Source: an uncultured Phascolarctobacterium sp. (GTDB lineage: Bacteria > Bacillota > Negativicutes > Acidaminococcales > Acidaminococcaceae). From it: a stretch of DNA of 64,000 nucleotides. Position 1 is the first letter of the stretch, and each line of letters begins with the position of its first letter. Shown piece by piece: positions 1 to 9,753 of the stretch. Made by a program: the position numbers and the translations under genes. The notes beneath the pieces are model-generated. The model was not told the origin of the DNA, searched no databases, and was given only the letters and a program-made list of their open reading frames with translations. Location: the NCBI GenBank assembly GCA_905207485.1, contig CAJLLL010000002.1, positions 10,015 to 74,014 on the forward strand, read 5' to 3'.

Positions 1-349
1 ACAAAAATGCCGGAATCTGCAAAATATCAGCAACTTCGGCTGCAGGTTCAACCTGATAAGTTTCGTGGATATCAGTTACAACGGGAACGCCCAAATCTTT
101 TTTAATCTGTGCCAGAATTGCAAGGCCTTCTTTCAATCCCGGTCCGCGGAAAGAGTTATAAGAAGAACGGTTTGCCTTATCAAAAGATGCTTTAAAAACA
201 TAAGGCATACCCAGTTTATCGGCAATGGCCTTAGCACGTTTGCCAATCATCAGGCTGCGTTCATAGCCTTCCAGTACGCAAGGGCCTGCCAAAAGCAGCA
301 TAGGATGCCCCTGTCCAACTTTATAATCGCCAACTGTTACTATATTCAT
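1..349 (-). CDS. kdsA: 2-dehydro-3-deoxyphosphooctonate aldolase (KDO-8-P synthase), N-terminal part; gene continues beyond window start
   Basis: Reverse-strand translation from ATG at 347-349 gives MNIVTVGDYKVGQGHPMLLLAGPCVLE...GMPYVFKASFDKANRSSYNSFRGPGL, the conserved KdsA N-terminus. Not in the ORF track because it is truncated at the window edge. Confidence 0.8.
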   Translation of the reverse strand, partial: MNIVTVGDYKVGQGHPMLLLAGPCVLEGYERSLMIGKRAKAIADKLGMPYVFKASFDKANRSSYNSFRGPGLKEGLAILAQIKKDLGVPVVTDIHETYQVEPAAEVADILQIPAFL

Positions 350-378
350 GTCTGCCTCCTTTATCATTAAATAGTATT

Positions 379-1113
379 TTATTTGTTCTTTTCTGCAAAA
401 AGTTTATTTATTGCTTCCAAATCTTCCGGAGTATCAATGCCTATGCCCTGAAAATCGCTTTCCAAAACTTTAATTTTATAGCCGTTCTGCAAAGCGCGGA
501 GCTGTTCAAGACCTTCTACCTGTTCAAGAATTGTAGGTTCAAGTGCGGCATATTGCAGTAAAAAGTCGCGGCGGTATGCATATACGCCAACATGTTTATA
601 AACTTTGGCTCCTGCAATTTTATTACGCGGATACGGAATAAGGCTGCGGGAAAAATACAGCGCGTAGCCGTTGTCATCGGTAACAACTTTAACGGCAGCA
701 GGGTCGTTGTATTCGCTTTCCTTCATCGGCACTTTCATGGTTGCCATTTTAAGTTCATCATTGCCTTCAAAAGCCTTTGCCAGACGGTCAATAATATCCG
801 GGTCAATCATCGGCTCATCGCCCTGTACATTAATAATAACATCAACATCAGGATACTGCATGGCAACTTCAGCCAAACGGTCAGTTCCGCTCGGGTGGTC
901 AGGCGAAGTCATTACCGCTTTGCCTCCAAAACCAACAACGGTATCATAAACCATTTCGTTATCTGTTGCCACAATTACGTCATCCGGCTCTTTTGCTTCG
1001 CAGGCACGCATATAAGTATGCTGAATCATCGGTTTGCCTGCAATCAGCGCCAGCGGTTTGCCCGGCAGGCGCGTAGAAGCATAACGCGCAGGAATTACAC
1101 ACAAAACCTTCAT
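379..1113 (-). CDS. kdsB: 3-deoxy-manno-octulosonate cytidylyltransferase (CMP-KDO synthetase)
   Basis: 244 aa, MKVLCVIPARYASTRLPGKPL...DVIINVQGDEP, a typical KdsB. It overlaps the upstream ORF by 4 nt. Confidence 0.9.
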   Translation of the reverse strand: MKVLCVIPARYASTRLPGKPLALIAGKPMIQHTYMRACEAKEPDDVIVATDNEMVYDTVVGFGGKAVMTSPDHPSGTDRLAEVAMQYPDVDVIINVQGDEPMIDPDIIDRLAKAFEGNDELKMATMKVPMKESEYNDPAAVKVVTDDNGYALYFSRSLIPYPRNKIAGAKVYKHVGVYAYRRDFLLQYAALEPTILEQVEGLEQLRALQNGYKIKVLESDFQGIGIDTPEDLEAINKLFAEKNK

Positions 1114-3638
1114 TGCTTTTTCGTCTCCTTTTGGATAGCACTGATAATTGTTTTCTCAAACAAATCATGCCCTTCCGTAATCATAATGTCCATATTTAAT
1201 ATGTACAGCGGCAAATCCCTGTTAAAGTAAATAAACTCTGTCGGAATTTTTACCGCGTCCTTGGCTGTTGTAATCAGCGCCACAGCCTCTTTGCTTGCCG
1301 CGCGTTCGCTGATATACTGCATTTCAATCATGCCGTAATCGTGATGGTCAGGGTAACGGATAGCTTCAAGAATATCCAGACCGATGCTTGCAAGCGTCTG
1401 CTCAAAAGAGGACGGGTTGCCGATAGCGGAAAAGACCATAACTTTTTTGCCTTCAAGCACAGAAAGGTCAAGCGTGTTTTCATGTATGCCTTTGTACCAG
1501 TCGGCAATTTCCACAAAGTTTTTAGGATGATGCACGCTTTCGATAACCGGAGCTTTGCCGTTGTATTTATCAAGCGTTTTGCGCAGGTTAATACGGCTGA
1601 ACTGTGAACTCTGGTCGGTTTTGGTCAGCAGGAAAAGCCCTGCCCTGTCAAGATGTTTTAACGGCTCGCGCAGAGTGCCGCGCGGCAGCAGGCTGCCGTT
1701 GCCGAACATGTTGTAGGTATCTACAAGCACTACGTCCAAATCGCGGTACAGATGCCAGTGCTGGTAACCGTCGTCCATGATGATAACTTCGGCATTTAAT
1801 TTATCAACGGCATACTGGCCTGTAACAGCACGGTTTTTACCAATGATAACAGGAATGCCTGGAAGGGTTTTAGCCATCAGGTAAGCTTCATCGCCTGCTT
1901 CATATGCTGTCATGAAAATCTTTTTGCCATCGCTGACAACGCCCAGCTCCTTATCCCAATGGGAACGGTAACCGCGGTTAAGAATAACAACACGGTAACC
2001 CATGTTTTTAATCATTGCGGCAACTTTCTGCGCAGTAGGTGTTTTACCTGTGCCGCCTACCGTAATATTGCCTATGGAAATTACGCAGCAGTCAAGTTTT
2101 TTCTGTTGGAAGAAACCAACATTATACAGCCACAGTTTGCTGCATACGCCGAATTCATACAAAATGGAGAAGAAACGCAGCACAAACAGCAGCACATTGC
2201 CCATCAGCGAAACTTTAGGCCCATGTACCATCTGGTACACATATTGGATAATGAAATCGCCATGGCGCAGGCTGATCCCGCCGTCATCCTTCAAGTTGCG
2301 GATATTGGTCGGATAACGCGCCATAATCGTAGCAGGAACCGTAGTAATACGCAGTAAATCTTCGAGATATTCAATACTGCGTACGGCAGCACCGCGGTTT
2401 TCTTTAATAACCTGCAAAGATGCAGCGCCCATTTTAGCACGGCGTTCATCGTTCTGAACAATATCAAGCAATTCTTTGGTAAGTTCCGGCACGCCGCTTA
2501 CCATTTTGCAGGCGCCAACCTTGCTTAACAAAGAATAGGAATCTTTAAAGTTCTGCATGCTGGGGCCAACCAGTATCGGTTTGGCATGCGCAGCAGGTTC
2601 CAGTACATTGTGCCCGCCGTGGTTAATCAGTGAGCCGCCGACAAATACAACATCGCCGACAGAATAAATTCTGCCCAGTTCACCAATAGTATCAATAACG
2701 AGTACCGGATAATGCGGGCGCGCACCGTCAATTTTCAGAAGTTTGGAACGCAAGCCTGCATCATAGCCAAAATTACCGGACAAACGCACAATTTCGTTAG
2801 TACGTTCCGGCTTGCGCGGAGCAATTACAAGGCGTGCATTGGGATAAGTTTCCCTTATTGTTTTAAAGGCTTCCAGCACAGCCTTCTCCTCAGTAGGATG
2901 CGTAGAACCGGCAACAATAACGGGATATGCCCCTTCAATGCCCAGTTCACGCTTGTAGGTATCCAAATCTTCCTGCGTTACCTCTGCATAAGTCTGGTCA
3001 AATTTGGTATTGCCAGTTACATAAATTTTGCTGGTATCTGCGCCCAAATGGCGGATATAATCGGCATCAATGCTGGACTGCATGCAGAAACGGCTTACAG
3101 TATTCAGCATATCATCCCAAATTCCCAAAAGGTAACGGTAAGTTTTAACAGATTTTTCGGAAATACGCCCGTTAACCATCATAACAGGAATATTGCGTTC
3201 ACGCAGAGCGCGCAGCAAATTAGGCCAGAGTTCCGTCTCTACCGGCATAAAAATGCGCGGACGAATACGTTTTACAACAGATTCGGATACGAAAGGCATA
3301 TCAAGCGGGAAATAAATAATAGCATCTGCTTCAGGAATAATCTGATGCGCCATATCATAACCGCCAACCGTAACGGCTGAAACAAGTATTGGTATATCCG
3401 GCATCGCCTTACGTATTTCTTTAACCAAAGGGCTCGTTGCAACTATTTCACCGACAGATGCGCCATGAATCCAGATGCAGCCTTTATGCGCAACGGCTTC
3501 AATTTCTTCATCGTGAATACCGCCGAGGCTTTGGCGAAGCCTTTTGGTAAAACCTTTTTCACAAATTGAACGGTAAATGAAATAGGGCATTACCAGGAAA
3601 AAAGCGCCAATCATCAATAAATTATAAATTATATACAT
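1110..3638 (-). CDS. waaA-lpxK: Fused 3-deoxy-D-manno-octulosonic acid transferase (WaaA/KdtA, N-terminal ~430 aa) and tetraacyldisaccharide 4'-kinase (LpxK, C-terminal ~330 aa)
   Basis: Single 842-aa uninterrupted ORF. The N-terminal half has the glycosyltransferase-30 KdtA signature (IWIHGASVGE...). The C-terminal half has the LpxK Walker A motif GNITVGGTGKTP. No stop codon lies between the two domains. Confidence 0.8.
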   Translation of the reverse strand: MYIIYNLLMIGAFFLVMPYFIYRSICEKGFTKRLRQSLGGIHDEEIEAVAHKGCIWIHGASVGEIVATSPLVKEIRKAMPDIPILVSAVTVGGYDMAHQIIPEADAIIYFPLDMPFVSESVVKRIRPRIFMPVETELWPNLLRALRERNIPVMMVNGRISEKSVKTYRYLLGIWDDMLNTVSRFCMQSSIDADYIRHLGADTSKIYVTGNTKFDQTYAEVTQEDLDTYKRELGIEGAYPVIVAGSTHPTEEKAVLEAFKTIRETYPNARLVIAPRKPERTNEIVRLSGNFGYDAGLRSKLLKIDGARPHYPVLVIDTIGELGRIYSVGDVVFVGGSLINHGGHNVLEPAAHAKPILVGPSMQNFKDSYSLLSKVGACKMVSGVPELTKELLDIVQNDERRAKMGAASLQVIKENRGAAVRSIEYLEDLLRITTVPATIMARYPTNIRNLKDDGGISLRHGDFIIQYVYQMVHGPKVSLMGNVLLFVLRFFSILYEFGVCSKLWLYNVGFFQQKKLDCCVISIGNITVGGTGKTPTAQKVAAMIKNMGYRVVILNRGYRSHWDKELGVVSDGKKIFMTAYEAGDEAYLMAKTLPGIPVIIGKNRAVTGQYAVDKLNAEVIIMDDGYQHWHLYRDLDVVLVDTYNMFGNGSLLPRGTLREPLKHLDRAGLFLLTKTDQSSQFSRINLRKTLDKYNGKAPVIESVHHPKNFVEIADWYKGIHENTLDLSVLEGKKVMVFSAIGNPSSFEQTLASIGLDILEAIRYPDHHDYGMIEMQYISERAASKEAVALITTAKDAVKIPTEFIYFNRDLPLYILNMDIMITEGHDLFEKTIISAIQKETKKQ

Positions 3639-3647
3639 CGGCTAACC

Positions 3648-5381
3648 TCATTTCGTTTCCTTGTTGCGGTACTGAATTTGATAAAGGTGGGCATATAGCC
3701 CGTTTTTGGCAAGCAATTCATCATGCGTGCCTGTTTCAACAAGCGTGCCGTGTTCCAGCACTAATATCTTATCGGCATTTTTAATAGTGGAAAGGCGGTG
3801 CGCTATAACAAAGGAAGTACGCCCAATCATTAGACGGTCCAATGCTTCCTGTACTACGCGTTCACTTTCCGTATCAAGTGCCGAAGTAGCTTCGTCCAAA
3901 ATCAAAATGCGCGGATTTTTAAGTATTGCCCGGGCAATAGCTATACGCTGACGCTGCCCGCCGCTGATATTAACGCCGCGGTCACCGAGTTTGGTTTCGT
4001 ATCCCTGCGGCAGCTGGCGGATAAATTCATCAGCATTAGCGGCTTTGGCAGCTTCGAAAACTTCTTCCGGCGTTGCATCAAGCCTGCCGTATAAAATGTT
4101 GTCATATACGCTGCCGTTAAACAGCATTGTTTCCTGCGGCACAATGCCTACCTGTCCGCGCAGGGAATCAAGCGTTACATCTTTAATGCTGCATCCGTCG
4201 ATGCGGATAGCGCCGCCAGTAACGTCATAAAAACGGGGCAGCAGACTGGCAATAGTCGATTTGCCTGCACCGGAAGGCCCGACAATAGCAGTTACCTCGC
4301 CGGGATTTACTGTAAAGGACAAGCCTCTCAGCACTTCTTCTTCAGGGTTATAACTGAATTTAACATTATCAAACTCAACCTTGCCTTTAACAGGCGGCAA
4401 AGGTTTAGCTTCCGGCAGTTCTTTAATATCTTCCGGCAAATCCAATACGCTGAAAACGCGGTCGCCGGCAGCCAATGCCTTTTGAATACTTGCGGCAACT
4501 TTAGTCAAGCGTTTAATCGGGTTGGCAATATTAACAGCATACACCAAAAACGCAACCAATGCACCTGCCGTAATATCACCGTCAATAACGCTGCGCCCGC
4601 CATACCACATTACAATGGTTACGCCAACGGCTGCGACAAATTCCACAACCGGGGTCAGCAGCGAATTCAGCTTGATATTTTTCATATTAGCATAAAAGTT
4701 TTCTTTATTTTGGTCATCAAAACGGCCGGTTTCATATTCTTCACGCACAAATGATTTGATAACACGTGCAGAAGAAACTGTTTCCTGCAAAACCGAAGTC
4801 AGTTCTGCCGTACATTCCTGAATTTCACCGCCGTTTTTACGGATTTTCTTACCGAAATAATCCATGCACCACAAAACAACCGGGAACGTGCAGAAGGTAA
4901 ACAGCGTCAGCTTCCAATCCAGCCACAGCATTGCTACAATACTGCCTATCAGTATAAGGCCTTCAGTAACAAGCTCTACTGCTTTTTCCACCATTGCTGT
5001 CTGCATTGCCGCAACGTCATTGGTAACATAGCTCATAATGGTGCCGGTTTTATTTTTATCATAAAAAGACATGCTTAAACGCTGTAGCTTACGGAAAATT
5101 TCTCCGCGGATGTCAATAACTACTTTCTGGCCCACCCAGCTCATTAAATAGCTTTGTCCATAGAAAAACAAACCGCGAATAATAAAGATAACGATAATAC
5201 TTACAGCAATTACATAAAGCATAAACGTATCTTTTTGTACCAGCACCTTATCTACAACGTCTTTAATAATCCACGGCAGATAAAGGTTGCAGGCAGATGC
5301 CATAACCGTACACAAAATTGCCATCATCAGACGGTGCGTATAAGGCCTGATATATTTTAAAAGTCTTAAATACAAATTCAT
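3648..5381 (-). CDS. msbA: Lipid A export ABC transporter, fused permease/ATPase
   Basis: 577 aa with an N-terminal 6-TM domain, Walker A GPSGAGKST, and ABC signature LSGGQRQR. It sits between lpxB and waaA. Confidence 0.85.
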   Translation of the reverse strand: MNLYLRLLKYIRPYTHRLMMAILCTVMASACNLYLPWIIKDVVDKVLVQKDTFMLYVIAVSIIVIFIIRGLFFYGQSYLMSWVGQKVVIDIRGEIFRKLQRLSMSFYDKNKTGTIMSYVTNDVAAMQTAMVEKAVELVTEGLILIGSIVAMLWLDWKLTLFTFCTFPVVLWCMDYFGKKIRKNGGEIQECTAELTSVLQETVSSARVIKSFVREEYETGRFDDQNKENFYANMKNIKLNSLLTPVVEFVAAVGVTIVMWYGGRSVIDGDITAGALVAFLVYAVNIANPIKRLTKVAASIQKALAAGDRVFSVLDLPEDIKELPEAKPLPPVKGKVEFDNVKFSYNPEEEVLRGLSFTVNPGEVTAIVGPSGAGKSTIASLLPRFYDVTGGAIRIDGCSIKDVTLDSLRGQVGIVPQETMLFNGSVYDNILYGRLDATPEEVFEAAKAANADEFIRQLPQGYETKLGDRGVNISGGQRQRIAIARAILKNPRILILDEATSALDTESERVVQEALDRLMIGRTSFVIAHRLSTIKNADKILVLEHGTLVETGTHDELLAKNGLYAHLYQIQYRNKETK

Positions 5382-6514
5382 TTTTTCTCCTTGGCTACGC
5401 GGAGTATCAGTTCCGCAACTCGGTTTACCGCACCGGGGGCGCCCAATCTTTCTTTAACATAAGCCAAATCCTGTTTCATCTGCGCATTGCGCTCAGGTTC
5501 AAGCAGGTGCAGCGCTTCCTGCGCTGTTTTTTCAGGGGTGAAATCTTCTTGCAAAAGTTCCGGCAAAATATGTTTGCCTGCAACAATGTTAGGCAGGCCG
5601 ATATCCGGAATGTTAATAACACGGCGTGCTATAAACGCCGATATAGGCGAAGTTCTGTACACAATTACACATCCGAGCCCGCATAATGCAGCTTCCAGCG
5701 TTACGGTGCCGCTCGTCGCCAACGCCAGGTCTGCAACACTCATTGCGTCATAAATATGGCCTTCCACAATTTTTACGTTAAGCCCGCTTGCCTTTATCAT
5801 GCCTTCAAGCATTTCTTTAGGTATTGTAGATGCGCGAGGCATGGCAAAATCAATGTCCGGTTCTTTTTCTGCAATTAGTTTTGCGGCCTCAAGCAATGTA
5901 GGCAGCATTTTCTGTATTTCCATCAAACGGCTGCCCGGCAGAAGCAAAATAAGCCTGCGCCCCGGTTCTTTACCGGCAAACGCTGCCGCTTCTTCAACCG
6001 GCATGCTTGTTTTAACTATGTCAATCAGCGGATGCCCGACAAATTCTACGTCAGCGCCCGCTTCTTTATAAACATCATATTCAAACGGAAAGATAGAAGC
6101 TATTTTGGTAACAAGACGCGCAACTTTAGGCGCACGCCCTTTATTCCACGCCCATGCTGACGGCGGGATATATGATACAACCGGAATGCCTTTTTCTTTG
6201 GCAAGTTTTGCCAGTTTCATATTAAAACCCGGATAATCCACGGTAACAAAACAGTCCGGTTTGCGCTCATCCATCACTCTGCCAAAATCGCTGCGCAGTT
6301 TAAACAGCGAAGGCAGTTTTTTTACAACTTCCACAAAGCCCATTACGCCATGCTCTTTAATATCAAACAGCACCTCACCGCCGGCTTCGCGCATGCAGTC
6401 GCCGCCCATACCGAAAACTTCGCACTCCGGGTCTATTTTTTTCAGCGCCCTTGTTACAGCACCGGCATGTACATCGCCGGAAGCCTCACCGGCAGAAATA
6501 AGTATCTTGGACAT
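5378..6514 (-). CDS. lpxB: Lipid-A-disaccharide synthase
   Basis: 378 aa, MSKILISAGEASGDVHAGAV..., an LpxB glycosyltransferase-19 N-terminus. It overlaps the msbA start. Confidence 0.9.
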   Translation of the reverse strand: MSKILISAGEASGDVHAGAVTRALKKIDPECEVFGMGGDCMREAGGEVLFDIKEHGVMGFVEVVKKLPSLFKLRSDFGRVMDERKPDCFVTVDYPGFNMKLAKLAKEKGIPVVSYIPPSAWAWNKGRAPKVARLVTKIASIFPFEYDVYKEAGADVEFVGHPLIDIVKTSMPVEEAAAFAGKEPGRRLILLLPGSRLMEIQKMLPTLLEAAKLIAEKEPDIDFAMPRASTIPKEMLEGMIKASGLNVKIVEGHIYDAMSVADLALATSGTVTLEAALCGLGCVIVYRTSPISAFIARRVINIPDIGLPNIVAGKHILPELLQEDFTPEKTAQEALHLLEPERNAQMKQDLAYVKERLGAPGAVNRVAELILRVAKEKK

Positions 6515-6567
6515 AATGGCTCCTTTCTTCTATCTTGTTTAGTTTATTGCATACCAACTCATTATAT

Positions 6568-6576
6568 ATTATAACA
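6568..6576 (-). promoter_or_regulatory. Extended -10 promoter element (TGtTATAAT on the minus strand) upstream of lpxB
   Basis: The minus-strand sequence gtgTTATAATatataat lies directly after a hairpin terminator, about 55 nt upstream of the lpxB ATG. Confidence 0.3.
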
Positions 6577-6580
6577 CAAA

Positions 6581-6605
6581 AAGACCGAACATTAAGTCCG
6601 GTCTT
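6581..6605 (-). terminator. Putative intrinsic terminator after lpxI
   Basis: Hairpin aagaccg-(11 nt loop)-cggtctt followed by UUUU on the minus strand, 26 nt after the lpxI stop. Confidence 0.4.
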
Positions 6606-6630
6606 GCGTTTTTCTCAATTATTTTTCAAT

Positions 6631-7443
6631 TTATTTTGAAACAATCGTAATTCCATGCTCATCGGCAAGTTTAATTACAGCTTCACGCTCAGTTAAAAGC
6701 GTATGCCCGGCTTCAATTACCAGTGCCTTACAGCCGGATTCAATCATTGACTGAATTGTTTTGGTACCAACACCCGGCACATCAAAACGGTCATCCTGGG
6801 CTGGTTTGGCTGTTTTGGCAACCACAGCATCCTTGCCTAATTTGCCGCCGCGCAGAATGCAGGCATCAGTTCCTTCGATAGCTTCTACAGCCATTACCGC
6901 CATATTTTTTACAACAACGGTCTGGCCTATATCAAGCCGCCCGATTTCTTTTGCCATTTTATAGCCAAAGTCCATATCAGCCAGTTCTTCCGGCGTCGGC
7001 TGGCGTTTAGTCAGTACGCCAGGCTCCGGCATCAGCGGCTTAATAAGGTAAGTCTGGTCCATAACAAAAATGTCTTCGCTTTCCAGTTCCTTAACAATGG
7101 CGTTCATAATCGTGTCATCCTTGCGGTCTGGCACAGATGACAAAATTTTAATGGCACGCATATCGGGAATAATTGCGCCTTTTTTATATAATATTTCTTT
7201 AGTAACCTTGCCAATCATGGTTACGATTTTAACATTATTCTTTTTTAAAGTAGAAATAATTTTTCCGATTTTACCGATATGAATATCGTAATAAACATCG
7301 GCTACTTCCGGCAGCTCCGGGTCAATATCCGGCACAACGCCGATAGCAACAATGCGGCATCCGCGTTCTTTTGCCGATTTGGCAACGTCTACCGGCAAAT
7401 GCCCAATACCGGAAAGCAGGCCCAGGGTTTCAGTTTCCATCAA
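6631..7443 (-). CDS. lpxI: UDP-2,3-diacylglucosamine hydrolase, LpxI type (DUF1009)
   Basis: 270 aa with LpxI-family motifs EIGRLDIGQ, AVEAIEGTDA and AKPAQDDRFDVP. It sits where lpxH would be in Proteobacteria. Confidence 0.8.
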   Translation of the reverse strand: MMETETLGLLSGIGHLPVDVAKSAKERGCRIVAIGVVPDIDPELPEVADVYYDIHIGKIGKIISTLKKNNVKIVTMIGKVTKEILYKKGAIIPDMRAIKILSSVPDRKDDTIMNAIVKELESEDIFVMDQTYLIKPLMPEPGVLTKRQPTPEELADMDFGYKMAKEIGRLDIGQTVVVKNMAVMAVEAIEGTDACILRGGKLGKDAVVAKTAKPAQDDRFDVPGVGTKTIQSMIESGCKALVIEAGHTLLTEREAVIKLADEHGITIVSK

Positions 7444-7452
7444 GCCACCACC

Positions 7453-8268
7453 TTATTTTTTCGGGGTTCTTAAAATGCCGCGCTCTGCGGTACGCAAAAA
7501 GCGCATTAAATGTTCAACAGGCTCGCAGCTGTCAAGTTCCTGTTCCATAGTCGCAATGGCTTCCTGCAAAGTAAGCCCGCTGCGGTACAGAATACGGAAA
7601 GCCTTTTTAAGCTGGCTGCGTTCTTCCTGCGGAATGCCTGCACGTGCAATGCCTACGCTGTTCAGGCCAAACACATAAGCCGGCTGCCCGGAAACAATCA
7701 TGAACGGAGGCACGTCCTGGTTAACATGCGCCTGCCCGCCAATCATGGCATTACGCCCGATTTTGCAGAACTGATGCACTGCAGCAAGGCCGCCGATAAC
7801 AGCACGGTCTTCAACAGTTACATGCCCTGCCAGAGTTGCCACATTGGACATAATTACGTTGTTGCCAACCACGCAGTTATGTGCAACATGAGTATAAGCC
7901 ATCATCAAAAGATTGTTGCCGATAATGGTTTTATTTCCTTCGCCGGTTGCCCTGTTAACGGTTGTGCATTCACGGAAAATGCAGCCATCACCGATAATAG
8001 TAGAGCTGTACTCGTTGGCAAATTTTAAATCCTGCGGAACTGCGCCGATAGAGCAGCCCGGGAAAAATACACAGTTTTTGCCTACCGTCGTATGTTCATG
8101 GATGACGGCATGCGGATAGATTTTGCAGCCGTCGCCGATAACAACGTCATCGCCGATTACCGCATACGGACCGATTTCCACGTTTTTGCCGATAACGGCA
8201 TTCGGATGGACAATCGCCGTAGGATGGATGTTATGTACAGGCCTGATTACCGAATTCATCATATTCAC
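7453..8268 (-). CDS. lpxA: UDP-N-acetylglucosamine O-acyltransferase
   Basis: 271 aa left-handed beta-helix with hexapeptide repeats (IHPTAIVHPNAVIGKNVEIGPYAVIGDDVVIG). Confidence 0.9.
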   Translation of the reverse strand: MNMMNSVIRPVHNIHPTAIVHPNAVIGKNVEIGPYAVIGDDVVIGDGCKIYPHAVIHEHTTVGKNCVFFPGCSIGAVPQDLKFANEYSSTIIGDGCIFRECTTVNRATGEGNKTIIGNNLLMMAYTHVAHNCVVGNNVIMSNVATLAGHVTVEDRAVIGGLAAVHQFCKIGRNAMIGGQAHVNQDVPPFMIVSGQPAYVFGLNSVGIARAGIPQEERSQLKKAFRILYRSGLTLQEAIATMEQELDSCEPVEHLMRFLRTAERGILRTPKK

Positions 8269-8446
8269 TCCTCAAAATTAACCGCTCATGTTAATCTGCA
8301 AATTCTATACTGATTTGCAACTTAATAATTATATTCGGCAAATCAGATTTTATTTTTACTTACCAATATCAGCTTTTATAAGCGGTTAACCGCCAAATAC
8401 GCCGTTTTGCTTATTTTTTCAGCATTACACAACGTTTTTTGGCAAA

Positions 8447-8887
8447 TTATTGCTTCGGGTCCATAATGGCAAAGGTGCATTCGCATTCGCAGGCAACTTT
8501 ACCGTCAACCCTGCCTTTGCATTCGCAAACGCCCATATTGCCGCGGATTTTTGTGATAATCGCTTCGGTAACAACCTGGTCACCGGGGATAATCTGTTTG
8601 CGGAAACGTACATTATCGATTTTGCCGAACACTGCAATTTTGCCGCGGTTTTCTTCAGGATAAAGCAAAGCAACGCCGCCTACCTGCGCCATGGCTTCAA
8701 TCATCAGCACGCCCGGCATAATCGGGTCGCCAGGAAAATGGCCAAGAAACTGCATTTCATTCATGGTAATGTTTTTAATTCCCACGGCGCGTTTCATCGG
8801 TTCAAGTTCGATAATACGGTCTACCAACAGCATAGGATAACGGTGGGGAATAATTTTCTGAATTTCACTGGCTTCTAAAACGGTCAT
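8447..8887 (-). CDS. fabZ: 3-hydroxyacyl-ACP dehydratase
   Basis: 146-aa hot-dog fold protein, IPHRYPMLLVDRI...LGHFPGDPIMPGVL. Confidence 0.9.
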   Translation of the reverse strand: MTVLEASEIQKIIPHRYPMLLVDRIIELEPMKRAVGIKNITMNEMQFLGHFPGDPIMPGVLMIEAMAQVGGVALLYPEENRGKIAVFGKIDNVRFRKQIIPGDQVVTEAIITKIRGNMGVCECKGRVDGKVACECECTFAIMDPKQ

Positions 8888-9732
8888 TTTGCTTCCTCCT
8901 TTAACTGATAGGCTTTAATTTGTTTTGCAAGTTTGGCGTTAAAAGCATGTCCGGATTTTACCGCAATTACATGCCCTTTAACAGGTCCCAGCAAATACAA
9001 ATCGCCAATAACGTCTAAAATTTTATGGCGGATAAGTTCATCTTCAAAACGCATTTCAGATAAAACTTTATCTTCATCAAAAATAACAACATTTTCAACG
9101 CTGCCGCCAAGCCCAAGCCCCATGGCCTGCAGCTGTTTAATTTCGTGCATAAAACCAACAGTACGGGCGCGCGCAATTTCCTTTAAAAAGGTTTCTTCTG
9201 TAAGCTCAACATCAAAATACTGTGTTCCCAGTTTAGGATGCGGATTCATTGAAACGAAAGAAATGCGGTAGCCTTCATACGGCTGCACGGTAATATATTT
9301 ATCGCCTTCATATACGGCGAAAGACTGCGGAACTGCGTAAACCTTGCGTTCTGCCTCCTGCGCCACGCGACCTGCCTGTAAAATCAAATCGCAGAACACT
9401 GACGCACTGCCGTCTGTTACAGGCGGTTCCGGCGATGACATTTCAATACGGCAATTATCAATATGCATCATGGCAAGTGCTGCCATTAAATGTTCTACCG
9501 TAAAAACTTCCGCGCCGCCGGCGCTTAAAGTTGTCGCCCTTAAAGTAGAAGTTACGTTTTCAGGCAGTGCAGGTATTTCCGGCCTGTCCGGCAAATCTGT
9601 ACGCACAAAAACAATGCCGGTGTTTACTTCTGCCGGGCAAAGGGTCATAAGCACATCCTTGCCGGAATGCAGCCCAATGCCTGTATGCGATATTTTTTTG
9701 GCTAAAGTCTGCTGATATTCTTTGTTCGGCAT
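8884..9732 (-). CDS. lpxC: UDP-3-O-acyl-N-acetylglucosamine deacetylase
   Basis: 282 aa, KISHTGIGLHSGKDV...; overlaps the fabZ start by 4 nt. Confidence 0.9.
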   Translation of the reverse strand: MPNKEYQQTLAKKISHTGIGLHSGKDVLMTLCPAEVNTGIVFVRTDLPDRPEIPALPENVTSTLRATTLSAGGAEVFTVEHLMAALAMMHIDNCRIEMSSPEPPVTDGSASVFCDLILQAGRVAQEAERKVYAVPQSFAVYEGDKYITVQPYEGYRISFVSMNPHPKLGTQYFDVELTEETFLKEIARARTVGFMHEIKQLQAMGLGLGGSVENVVIFDEDKVLSEMRFEDELIRHKILDVIGDLYLLGPVKGHVIAVKSGHAFNAKLAKQIKAYQLKEEAK

Positions 9733-9753
9733 GCTTCTCCTCCTGTCTGCTGT

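Noticed and set aside
65-370. Plus-strand 101-aa ORF at the window start
   Set aside because: It lies antisense to the well-conserved kdsA reading frame. Its translation is low-complexity with no recognisable motif, so it is a shadow ORF.
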